From positions 1 through 58,905 of the forward strand of contig JANQNJ010000002.1 of the NCBI GenBank assembly GCA_028279645.1: a DNA stretch of 58,905 nt. Direction: 5' to 3'. The position numbers and the translations under genes were made by a program. Below, in pieces: positions 39,915 to 48,410 of this stretch. The notes beneath the pieces were generated by a model. It was not told the DNA's origin. It ran no database searches and saw only the letters and a list, made by a program, of their open reading frames with translations. Position 1 is the stretch's first letter. Each line of letters begins with the position of its first letter. The DNA comes from Thermoplasmatota archaeon (GTDB taxonomy: Archaea; Thermoplasmatota; JAKEGO01; JANQNJ01).

Positions 39915-40157
39915 TACGTTGAGATAACTTCCAGCGATCATCCCTTGACGTGGAGGTCCAATTTCTCGATCCCGTTCGGGGGTGCGGGGAGGGGATGTGA
40001 ACATCCCATCTGGAAGTCTTCGCCGAACCATTATGTCGTCGATAGCACATCTCTGCATGGCGTTCCGGCAGTGCGTACTTAAAGCTTATATATCGTCAGT
40101 CGGACTATCTATATGCTTTGGGCTCTGCCCGGAGTTCCATCACGGAGGCTCGAACAT

Positions 40158-40916
40158 ATGCTTAAGGAGGCGACCAGTGTCGTAGTAGCAGCGGCACTCC
40201 TGTTAACCATGCTTTCAGGAGTTTCCGCCGAGATGGCAGCACCAACGGTAGATTTTTCCGAAATGCCTACCGGCCAGGGGGACTGGGTTTTCATCGCAGC
40301 AGCGCTGCATGATCCCCTGGACTATCTGAACGATCCTGACTACCAGGAGGCCTTGGCCCTTCACGACTATTTTGCGGGACTCGGATTCGACGAGGAGCAC
40401 ATCATCCTGCTCGTTGACTTCGATACGACGAACCCCGTTATAGATGGAGAGGTCACCAAGGGCAACATAATGGCAGCGCTCGACTTCCTCGCGGCGGTGT
40501 CGACGGAGGACAGCTTCGTCTTCTGCGGCATCCTGGATCTCGGCCACGAGGGCGGAGAGGGCTATTACGTCGAACTGAACGACGAGCCGTTGTACGATCA
40601 CGAGCTCGATGCGAAGCTCGACGCCATAGACTGCGACGACCTGGTGATCAACCTCGTGTTCAGGTATTCCGGCGGATTCCTGCCGGAGATCGGTCAGTGG
40701 GGCCGGCTCTGCATCGCGTCGTGCAAGAACAACATCGACGTTGACACGGACTTCCGCCTGTCAGTAGCCCTTACTGACCCCAATGCAGACTGGAACGGCA
40801 ACGGCAGGATCTCCTTCGAGGAGGCGTTCTGGGACCAGTGGTCCTGGGCCAACTGGGAGTACAACCCGACCTGCAAGGACAGGATCTGGGGCTCGGTATA
40901 CGCACCGGGAGCCTGA
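40158..40916 (+). CDS. secreted legumain/caspase-fold paralog 4, type A'
   Basis: GGAGG lies 8 nt before ATG 40158. Signal peptide MLKEATSVVVAAALLLTMLSGVSAE. LDLGHE retained; LVFRYSGGF at the Cys position; DWNGNGRISFEE; ends VYAPGA*. The C-terminal ~90 aa are almost identical to paralog 1. Confidence 0.8.
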   Translation: MLKEATSVVVAAALLLTMLSGVSAEMAAPTVDFSEMPTGQGDWVFIAAALHDPLDYLNDPDYQEALALHDYFAGLGFDEEHIILLVDFDTTNPVIDGEVTKGNIMAALDFLAAVSTEDSFVFCGILDLGHEGGEGYYVELNDEPLYDHELDAKLDAIDCDDLVINLVFRYSGGFLPEIGQWGRLCIASCKNNIDVDTDFRLSVALTDPNADWNGNGRISFEEAFWDQWSWANWEYNPTCKDRIWGSVYAPGA

Positions 40917-41059
40917 AGACAGTATATCGACGAATATTCACCCAAGAGTTAGCCCTGGCTCCGCCTACAGATAGCCGGGTAAATGCTTGAACATCGCTAG
41001 CAAGCGCGCTGATCGGATGAGATGCTAACAAGAGGGAGGGGGGGGCAAGGGAATACGGC

Positions 41060-43750
41060 CTACTTCTTCTTTCCGCCCTTCTCGGCCTCGTTGAGCTCCT
41101 TGAGCTCCTTCTCCACACGGTCTATCAGGTTGCCCTTGCCGTGCTCCTTGTATATCGTCATGGCCTCTTCGAGATACTTCCGGGCGTTCTTGTTGTCGCC
41201 CTTCTTCTTGTACATCTGGGAGTAGAAATAGTACCGTTCGGCGAGGTTGAACGGCATGTCGATCTCCTGGACGATCTTGATCGACTCGTCGAAGTGCTTC
41301 ATCGCCTCGTCCCAGTTGCCCAGCTCCGAGTAGACCTCGCCGTAGATCTGGTGGACGTAGGACTCGCCGATCCGGTCCTCCATGGAGCGCAGGATGGAAT
41401 ATGACTCTGAAAGATACATCAGCGCCTCTTCGGTCTTGTTCTGCTTGCTGAGGACGCTGCTGACGTTGAGCAGGGCGTAGGCCAGGCGCTTCGTGTTGGC
41501 AGTGTTCCGGGCCAGCTCTATGCACCGCTCCCAGCTGTTCCTGGCGTCGTCGAGGTTGTTCAGGATATAATGGGCCACTCCGAGCTCGTTGTAGGCCCTT
41601 CCAACGCGGTAGTTGTCACCCTGGTCCTCGAAGTACTTGATGGAGCGCTCGCAGACCTCCACGGCCTCGGTGGAGCGGTTCATCTCGTTGAGGACCATGG
41701 CCTCGTCGATGAGGGCCTCGTTGGATACCTCCTCATCCCCGGCGGCCTCCGCGCTCTCCTGGGCCCGGACCATGTACTCAAGGGCTCGCTTGTGGTCGCC
41801 GCGCCGCAGCTGGATCTTTCCCAGGCCGCGCATGGTGTCCGCCTCTGCAGATCGGTCTCCAAGCTTGGCGGCCTCGTCCAGGGCCATCTGGAAGTAGTCC
41901 ACGGCCCGATCGAGGGTCCCCTTCTCCATCTCCAGGTGGCCGATCTGCCTGAAGGCGTGGGACCGGACCTTGTAGTTGGTGCTGGAGCAGGACTTGAGCG
42001 CGGTGTGGTACTTGTCGAGCGCCGCCTCCCATTCGCCCTCGGCGAAGAAGAGGTCGCCCGATATGAGCATCATTCCGTAATGGTAATCGGTGGGGATATT
42101 GTCCTCGAGCTTCTGGATGACGACGTGGAGCTCATCGAGGAGTCCCCGGTTGATCATCATGCGGCCGTTGTCCACCAGGATCTCGGCGGCGGTGTCGAAG
42201 TCCTCCGCCTCCAGGAAGTGGAGCGTGGCGGAAAGGAGCGAGCTGAGGTCGCCCTTGCCCTGATAGTACGTGGCGGCGAGCGTGTGGTTCGACTGCCGTT
42301 CCTCCGGTGTGAGCCGGCTGTAGGCGAGCTCACGCACGATGTCGTGGAGGTATATCCCCTCGTAGGGGATCTCCTGGAGAAGATCGTGCTCGATGAGGGC
42401 GTCGAACGCCTCGTAGGGGAGCCCGGCCACCGACAGGGCCTCGTGCTCTATGGGATAACGGTAAACGGAAGCGAGACCCAGGAGCTGCTGCTCCTCGGGC
42501 TTGAGCTTCGAGAAGATCTCGGAGTTCATGAAACGGTGGATATCGGACGGACGACGCGCGTCGCCCGGCGTCCTGATCAGCTCCAGCGCCAGCGGATGGC
42601 CGCCGGTCATCTGGATGATCCTGTCGACGTCGTCCTCCGGGATACCCCTGGCCATCAACAGTTCCTTCGAGCTGATCTCGTCGAGACCCTTCAGGCGGAT
42701 CTCGCCGATGGTCCCGCGGACGCGCACCTCCCTCCGGTCGTAGAAGTTCGGCTGGATCCTGGATGTGACCAGGATCTTGACCTCCTTGCCCCGGAGGACC
42801 TGGTGGAAGAGCTTGAACATCGTCTCCAGGCGCTCGGGGTTCTTGTGGTAGTCGTCGTAGACCAGGATCGCCTGCATCCCTTCGAACGCCTTGTCCAGGA
42901 TGTTGTAGAGCTCGCTGTAGTTGATCGTCTTGTTCGTCTTGAGATAGGACTGCAGGTCCCTCTCCGATAGATGCGAGAGGAACTCGCCCAGCGGCGTGAT
43001 GGCCGCTCTGACGGTGTCCCACTCGTGGAACTGGTACCAGAAGAGGTTCGCCTTGTCGGCGAACTCGTTGATGATGTGATAGACCAGGGTGGACTTGCCG
43101 ATACCGGGGATACCGGTCACCACGCCGATGCGGATGTCCGACTCGAGCCACTCCATGATCTGTCCGACCTCGTCGTCCCTTCCGAAGAACTGCTTCAGCG
43201 GGGGCTGCCCCTCTGTGTACTTGATGTACTTCGGCCGGTCCTCTCCCGCGTCCTTGCCGGTCTCGTAATCGACGACGAGGGAGTCGAAGTCGAGCTTCGT
43301 GGTGTTGAGGTCGTCAAGGGTCCTGACGAGCTTCAGAAGCGGGAACTCCGGCGGGAGCTTAGAGAGGACCTCCTTCAGGGTGTACCTGTTGACCTTGCCC
43401 TTCTCGGTGACGGAGAGCTCCGCCTCCTCGATGTTGTCCAGGATCTCCGTCCCCTTCTCCATGCCAATGGCTGTGAGGAAGTAGACGGCTCTGCGCCGGG
43501 ACTCGCCGGTCACGGTGCCCGAAAAACGATCGACGAGGCCCTCGGTCTCGAGGTCCTTCATGGCCCTTGGAACGTGGTTCCAGCGGATGCCGACGGCGTC
43601 GGCGATGCCGGGCTGGGATATGCCGATGGGAGTCGATTTGTAAAGTTCGTCTCCGGGATTTGCGTCAGGGGCGAACCTGTCTTTAGGGAAGGTTAGAAGA
43701 TGGAGTAGTATCTTTTCCTTTACGGTGATGGGGTTCTTTCGCCCTGGCAT
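41060..43750 (-). CDS. STAND ATPase: N-terminal winged helix + NB-ARC/AP-ATPase module + C-terminal TPR array (896 aa)
   Basis: wHTH (GISQPGIADAVGIRWNHVPRAMKDLETEGLV), Walker A GVVTGIPGIGKSTLV, Walker B AILVYDDYH, VLVTSR-like KILVTSR, and TGGHPLALELI (the GxPLAL signature of NB-ARC). About 450 aa of TPR-like repeats follow (...AFRQIGHLEMEKGTLDRAVDYFQMAL..., ...YFYSQMYKKKGDNKNARKYLEEAM). Confidence 0.85.
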   Translation of the reverse strand: MPGRKNPITVKEKILLHLLTFPKDRFAPDANPGDELYKSTPIGISQPGIADAVGIRWNHVPRAMKDLETEGLVDRFSGTVTGESRRRAVYFLTAIGMEKGTEILDNIEEAELSVTEKGKVNRYTLKEVLSKLPPEFPLLKLVRTLDDLNTTKLDFDSLVVDYETGKDAGEDRPKYIKYTEGQPPLKQFFGRDDEVGQIMEWLESDIRIGVVTGIPGIGKSTLVYHIINEFADKANLFWYQFHEWDTVRAAITPLGEFLSHLSERDLQSYLKTNKTINYSELYNILDKAFEGMQAILVYDDYHKNPERLETMFKLFHQVLRGKEVKILVTSRIQPNFYDRREVRVRGTIGEIRLKGLDEISSKELLMARGIPEDDVDRIIQMTGGHPLALELIRTPGDARRPSDIHRFMNSEIFSKLKPEEQQLLGLASVYRYPIEHEALSVAGLPYEAFDALIEHDLLQEIPYEGIYLHDIVRELAYSRLTPEERQSNHTLAATYYQGKGDLSSLLSATLHFLEAEDFDTAAEILVDNGRMMINRGLLDELHVVIQKLEDNIPTDYHYGMMLISGDLFFAEGEWEAALDKYHTALKSCSSTNYKVRSHAFRQIGHLEMEKGTLDRAVDYFQMALDEAAKLGDRSAEADTMRGLGKIQLRRGDHKRALEYMVRAQESAEAAGDEEVSNEALIDEAMVLNEMNRSTEAVEVCERSIKYFEDQGDNYRVGRAYNELGVAHYILNNLDDARNSWERCIELARNTANTKRLAYALLNVSSVLSKQNKTEEALMYLSESYSILRSMEDRIGESYVHQIYGEVYSELGNWDEAMKHFDESIKIVQEIDMPFNLAERYYFYSQMYKKKGDNKNARKYLEEAMTIYKEHGKGNLIDRVEKELKELNEAEKGGKKK

Positions 43751-43941
43751 TTGCGGGTCTCCCGATTTCCGCCCCGTATCGATTAGGGCCTATTTCCGGA
43801 ATAATAACGGATATGTTTATAATAAAGGTTTCGTGGCGGTAATTTTACCCGCGTCGGTCTGGAGTGGTAGCGAAGGTCGGCTGGGGTATGGGCCGCGGTT
43901 CGGCGCAACCTACATCAATCACGATTTGGGTAGATGCTGTG

Positions 43942-44193
43942 ATGGCGAAGGGAACAGGACCGGATATCCGATCATCATTGATCACCGAACGGATCGATGC
44001 GGCGGCTCTTGAACTGCTTGAAGGACATCCAGATGGACTGAGGTGGTCGGAACTGTTGGCCAAGGTTCTCGGATCCGACCCCGCCTTTCATCCCAAGACC
44101 GCCAACGGTCGGATATGGCGGCTCGCGGAGAACTACCCCGACATCGTTTACAAACCGTCGAAAGGTGTCTTCCGGTTGGTGAGTTTCCGATAG
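43942..44193 (+). CDS. small winged-helix protein (Mrr_N/HARE-HTH-like), 83 aa
   Basis: ATG 43942. ...IDAAALELLEGHPDGLRWSELLAKVLGSD...NGRIWRLAENYPDIVYKPSKGVFRL. Divergent from the STAND gene. Confidence 0.5.
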   Translation: MAKGTGPDIRSSLITERIDAAALELLEGHPDGLRWSELLAKVLGSDPAFHPKTANGRIWRLAENYPDIVYKPSKGVFRLVSFR

Positions 44194-44267
44194 TCGGCGG
44201 GAAGGGATATTAAGGCGGATCACTATAACAGCTCATCCCGGAGATCGGGCATCACGAGGGACGAGGA

Positions 44268-44840
44268 ATGACCATCAGGATCTACGTCGTGGACAACGGA
44301 GGACAGTGGACGCACAGGGAATGGAGGGTGCTCAAAGAACTTGGTGCCGACACCAAGCAGATACCCAACGACACCCCCCTCGAGGGATTGGAGGTCGATG
44401 GACTTGTTCTTTCAGGCGGAGCGCCTAGGGTGGGTCTCGCGGAGACCCTGGGCCTGACCGGGGAGTACCTGGATAAAGCTGAATTTCCACTCCTAGGTAT
44501 ATGCGCCGGCCACCAGTTCATGGCCAAGCATTTCGGAGGCGAGGTCGGCCCCGCCGCCCGCCCCGAGTTCGGAAGCGCCGATATCACCGTCCACGCCCCC
44601 GACCCCCTCTTCAAGAATGTCCCGGAGACGTTCAAGGCCTGGGAGTCCCACAACGACGAGGTCCTGAGGCCGCCGGAGGCGTTCTCGGTCCTGGCAGGGT
44701 CCCCTGACTGCAAGGTCCAGGCCATGAAGCACACGGAGAGGGAGATCTGGGGGATACAGTTCCATCCAGAGGTTTCTCACACAGAGCATGGTCACAAGAT
44801 ATTCCAGAACTTCATGGACATCTGCGAGGAGAGCAAGTAG
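44268..44840 (+). CDS. guaA: GMP synthase (glutamine-hydrolysing) subunit A, class-I glutamine amidotransferase
   Basis: IYVVDNGGQWTHREWRVLKELG..., nucleophile elbow LLGICAGHQFMA, and GIQFHPEVSHTEHG. The stand-alone GATase subunit is typical of archaea. Confidence 0.9.
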   Translation: MTIRIYVVDNGGQWTHREWRVLKELGADTKQIPNDTPLEGLEVDGLVLSGGAPRVGLAETLGLTGEYLDKAEFPLLGICAGHQFMAKHFGGEVGPAARPEFGSADITVHAPDPLFKNVPETFKAWESHNDEVLRPPEAFSVLAGSPDCKVQAMKHTEREIWGIQFHPEVSHTEHGHKIFQNFMDICEESK

Positions 44841-44880
44841 AGGCAGTTCCCGTCTTTTCATCGTTCGTCAAGGGCCAGTC

Positions 44881-45020
44881 GTTTTCTCAGCATGGGTGAA
44901 GGCATCTTCCAAGAATGGGTGCTAGCATTTTCCTGGCGCGGGCCGTCCGTCCGTCGGGCGGGTTCGAACATTATTCTAGCATGGGTCCAAGTGTTTTCCG
45001 GCGTGGGCGTCGTCGTTCAT
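44881..45020. repeat. copy B of the ~67-bp repeat family (about two units)
   Basis: ...cagCATGGGTgaAGgcaTcTTCCaagaATGGGTgctAGCaTTTTCCtGGCGCGGGCCGTCCGTCCGTCGGGCGGGTTCGAACattattctaGCATGGGTCCAAGtgTTTTCCgGCGTGGGCGTCGTCGttc. Lies in the convergent intergenic region between guaA and the GNAT gene. Confidence 0.75.
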
Positions 45021-45146
45021 AGTGCGTGTCCTTCTTTGACATCTGTGAACCCGCCCCTGATCGGATCAGTTGTCTACAGCGGAGATCCTCATCGCATAGG
45101 AGAGGTCGATGCGGCCGCCCATGAGTGGAAATGGCACCACATCGTG

Positions 45147-45728
45147 TCAGATCCGCTTCCGCATATACAGCCAGTCTCCCAGCCTGTTGTGATACTTCGT
45201 GACCACCTCGAAACCGAGCCTTTCGTAGAACCTTACTGCCTCGCTGTTCTCCTTGACACCCAGACCGAAGGTCTTCATTCCGAGGTTCTTCAGGCGGGCT
45301 TCCGCCCGTCTGACGAGCAGTCCGCCGACGCCCTGGCCCCGATGGTCTTCCATGACACCCACGGCCTCGAGGACCCCCTCCTTCTCCAGGCGCTTGGGTG
45401 TACTCCTCGTGTAGCTCCTTGCGACCCTCCAGGCCTTCAGCGCCCCGAAGAGGCCCAGGACCTTGACCACCTTCAAGACATTGCCGTCCACAGGGTCGAT
45501 CTCCTCGGTGGTCACGATGATAGCTCCCACCACCTCGCCTCCGGTGACTGCAATGAACTTCTCGCCCCTCATGGACCCGACGATGATGGGTACCACGCGC
45601 CCGGCCCTTTTTTGGCCTCCGATGGCCACGATCTTGTCGTCGAAGGCCGAGGCGATGACGCGGGATACAGCGTCCATGTCCGGCGCGCCTGCCCTCCGGA
45701 TGATGATGTCGTCGATCCGGCGCATCAT
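45147..45728 (-). CDS. GNAT-family N-acetyltransferase
   Basis: ...LEAVGVMEDHRGQGVGGLLVRRAEARLKNLG...ENSEAVRFYERLGFEVV is the acetyl-CoA motif Q/RxxGxG/A. The ATG overlaps the upstream stop (ATGA). Confidence 0.85.
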   Translation of the reverse strand: MMRRIDDIIIRRAGAPDMDAVSRVIASAFDDKIVAIGGQKRAGRVVPIIVGSMRGEKFIAVTGGEVVGAIIVTTEEIDPVDGNVLKVVKVLGLFGALKAWRVARSYTRSTPKRLEKEGVLEAVGVMEDHRGQGVGGLLVRRAEARLKNLGMKTFGLGVKENSEAVRFYERLGFEVVTKYHNRLGDWLYMRKRI

Positions 45729-46840
45729 ATTGGGATCATCTCCACCAGGTCCAGGGTCTCGATATCCCCCTTGGCCGCCCTGGCGAATCGGGTGGTGCAG
45801 GTCTGGCATGTCGATACCAGCGCATCCGCTCCCATGGCCAGAGCCTCGTCGACCCGGTCCCTGGCCAGCTCGAGCGAGCTCTCCGGGTGAACGGTGCCTA
45901 GACCCCCTCCACCTCCGCAGCAGGCCGATCTCGCCCTGTTGAAGCGGAACTCGAGGAGCTCGAAGCCGAGTGCCTCGATGATCTTGCGGGGTTCCTCCGT
46001 GATCCCGAGCTTGCGCCCCAGGTTGCAGGGGTCGTGGTAGGCCACCCGCCCTCCAGCCGCCTTTCCCGCGTCGCCGGGCAACGCTTTCCCTGGCTTCCTT
46101 GAGGCGAGGAACTCCGTGATATGGACCGTCTTGAAGGGCATCTTCGCCACCTTCGGTTGCAGGTTCACGAGGACGTTCGTGCATCCGGGGCAGGAGGTGA
46201 TAAGCCTCTTGACCCCCTTCTTCTTGATCTCCGCTGCGATCATACCGGCGTTGTCACGGAAATCGTCGGCCATACCGGCATTGAACACCGACGAACCGCA
46301 GCAGTGCTCGTCGATGGCGGCCGGCCGGACCCCTTCCCGCTCCAGGAGGGCGACCGTGTGAACGGCAAGCTTCGGATTGTTTGCCAGGACGTTGCAGCCG
46401 GGGAAGTATCCAACGCTCGCCTTTTCCGGCAGCCCCTCCGACCAGGACCTGTCCTTTGAGGGATAGGGTGTTCCATCGTCCAGGGCGCGCCTGGCGCTGG
46501 CGTTCATCTCCTCGGGTATGAGCCCCTCCCGCTGGAGGAACTCCCTGACCTTGGGGATCTGTCCGTAGATGCCGGCGTCGGCAAGGCAGGCCTCTGAACA
46601 TTGCCCGCATACCGCGCAGTCCAGAACGATCTCCAGAAGGTCCTCGATATCCAGCCTTCCCTCCGAGTATGCGGCAAGGACCCTGTTCTTCCCCCTTGGA
46701 TTGCCTGATTCGAAGGCGTTGAGACGGTACGATGGGCAGTTGTCCCGGCAGAACGAGCACTCTGTGGTGGAGCACCTCTCCGCCTGCCGCAGCGCCTCCT
46801 CGAGCTCGTGTTCGTGCTCCCTGGCCCTCTTCGCACCCAT
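45725..46840 (-). CDS. Fe-S / CCG-domain subunit (GlcF/LutA/HdrD-like) of FAD-linked 2-hydroxyacid oxidoreductase
   Basis: Ferredoxin-like Cys motifs (CSFCRDNCP, CAVCGQCSEAC) and two CCG domains (YFPGCNV...HCCGS; YHDPCNLGR...ACCGGGGG). ATG 46840 lies 1 nt after the upstream stop. Confidence 0.85.
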   Translation of the reverse strand: MGAKRAREHEHELEEALRQAERCSTTECSFCRDNCPSYRLNAFESGNPRGKNRVLAAYSEGRLDIEDLLEIVLDCAVCGQCSEACLADAGIYGQIPKVREFLQREGLIPEEMNASARRALDDGTPYPSKDRSWSEGLPEKASVGYFPGCNVLANNPKLAVHTVALLEREGVRPAAIDEHCCGSSVFNAGMADDFRDNAGMIAAEIKKKGVKRLITSCPGCTNVLVNLQPKVAKMPFKTVHITEFLASRKPGKALPGDAGKAAGGRVAYHDPCNLGRKLGITEEPRKIIEALGFELLEFRFNRARSACCGGGGGLGTVHPESSLELARDRVDEALAMGADALVSTCQTCTTRFARAAKGDIETLDLVEMIPI

Positions 46841-46841
46841 C

Positions 46842-48338
46842 TCAATCGCCTCCCGTCGAGGCGAATGGGCCGCGGACCCTACCACCACCCGTCCTTGTCC
46901 GTGGCCCGGCCCCCTGTCCGCCATCCACTTCCGTGCGATCGGGAAGCATCACACCGGGATTCAGGGTCCCGTTGGGGTCCAGGACCTTTTTCAACCGCCC
47001 GAGCATCCCCAGGTCGTCGCCCATGTCCCTCTGGACCGCCTGATGATCGATTAGCGTCCCGTATCCATGGGTCCTCGAGACCGTACCGCCGCTCTGCCAG
47101 ACCAGCTCGAACAGCTCCCTTGAAAGGGTCGATATCCGATGGGACCCCAGCTCCTCCGCGGTCAGGAAGAGGCTGACGGTGTAGGCGTCCGTCGAGGTGA
47201 ACAGCGTGTGGCTCAGCCGGTCGGCGAACCCTGCTTTTTCCATGAGCTCCTCCACCCTCGCGACGAGCCCGGGGACCTCCCTTTCGGGCACCGCTAGGTC
47301 GAACACGTGGGGCGACAACCCCTCGTTCACCAGCCCTTCGTTGGATTCGAAGTACGTGTGCCTGTTCGGCCACCATTCCTCGGAATATTTCTGCGGCATC
47401 AACTTGCCGGCCCTGGAGAGGATCTCCTTCGAGGCCGCCACACGTGCGGTCGATCCATCAATGTCGCCCTCGTAGTACGCGAACAGCGCGGCCTTGATCC
47501 TGAGGGCCCTGATCAGGACCCTCTCGGCCTTCGGCTGCAGCTTCGCGGTGACCCGTGGAATGGTCCCTCCGATGAAGGAATCCGGCGACAGTCCTGCACG
47601 TTCCAGTTCGAGCAATGCGTCGAACATCGAGCTGAAAGATGTGAAGGCGCATCCGACCGTCTCGTGATGAGGGGGTACCGGATACACGGCGAACGTGGCC
47701 TCGAGGATGACGCCAAGGGTGCCCTCGCTGCCCATGAACAGCCGGAACAGCTGGGGCATGGAGGCGGCGCGAGTACCGGGCCCAAGGTCCATCATCGTGC
47801 CGTCCGCAAGGGCCACCCTGAGTGAGAGCACCTCGTCCCCGACCCCTCCGTGGACCGGGTACAGACTCCCGTTGGCGTTCATGGCGAGGGCCCCTCCGAT
47901 GGTGCAGGAGAACCTGCTCCAGGGGTCGAAATGGAACCTGAATCCGCGCGCGGCGAGGTAGGAGTCGATGTCATCCGGCGTGGCGCCGGCCTGGACCGTG
48001 ACCGTCCCGGTGACCTCATCGAAACCGATGATACGTCCGAGGGACTTCATGTCCAGGGCCACAGAGGCCCTGGAAGGCGACAATGCCCGGCAGAGGTTGG
48101 TACCCCCTCCCCAGGGAACCACGCCGAGCCCTCTCTCATCGCAGTGGCGTAGGACCTTCCTGACATCCTCATAGGAGGACGGCAGGACCACGCACACGAC
48201 CGGAACGTTCCCTCCATCGATGTCCCTGTAAGGCTCAATGTCGGTGGGCCTGTCCGTGACCCTGGCGTTTGGCAGCAGGGTCCTAAGTTCGTCCGCCGTC
48301 GCCATCCCTCCGACAATGCGCTCCGCAATAGAAGTCAT
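46842..48338 (-). CDS. FAD-binding oxidase (GlcD / D-lactate dehydrogenase family)
   Basis: FAD_binding_4 pattern: VVCVVLPSSYEDVRKVLRHCDERGLGVVPWGGGTNL...GTVTVQAGA...GFRFHFDPWS...TIGGALAMNANG. C-terminal FAD-oxidase_C region ...HGYGTL...LDPNGTLNPG. Confidence 0.9.
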   Translation of the reverse strand: MTSIAERIVGGMATADELRTLLPNARVTDRPTDIEPYRDIDGGNVPVVCVVLPSSYEDVRKVLRHCDERGLGVVPWGGGTNLCRALSPSRASVALDMKSLGRIIGFDEVTGTVTVQAGATPDDIDSYLAARGFRFHFDPWSRFSCTIGGALAMNANGSLYPVHGGVGDEVLSLRVALADGTMMDLGPGTRAASMPQLFRLFMGSEGTLGVILEATFAVYPVPPHHETVGCAFTSFSSMFDALLELERAGLSPDSFIGGTIPRVTAKLQPKAERVLIRALRIKAALFAYYEGDIDGSTARVAASKEILSRAGKLMPQKYSEEWWPNRHTYFESNEGLVNEGLSPHVFDLAVPEREVPGLVARVEELMEKAGFADRLSHTLFTSTDAYTVSLFLTAEELGSHRISTLSRELFELVWQSGGTVSRTHGYGTLIDHQAVQRDMGDDLGMLGRLKKVLDPNGTLNPGVMLPDRTEVDGGQGAGPRTRTGGGRVRGPFASTGGD

Positions 48339-48410
48339 TTATGGTGAACAGGGCCGGAAACGGGTGCGGGCACCGATCTGGTCCCCGGACCCCCCCCGCT
48401 CATCTCCCGC

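Noticed and set aside
39159-40058. 299-aa minus-strand track ORF across spacer 3
   Set aside because: It is partly antisense to paralog 3 and runs through hairpin/terminator elements. It has no recognisable domain and a Pro/Arg/Gly-rich composition, so it is treated as non-coding.
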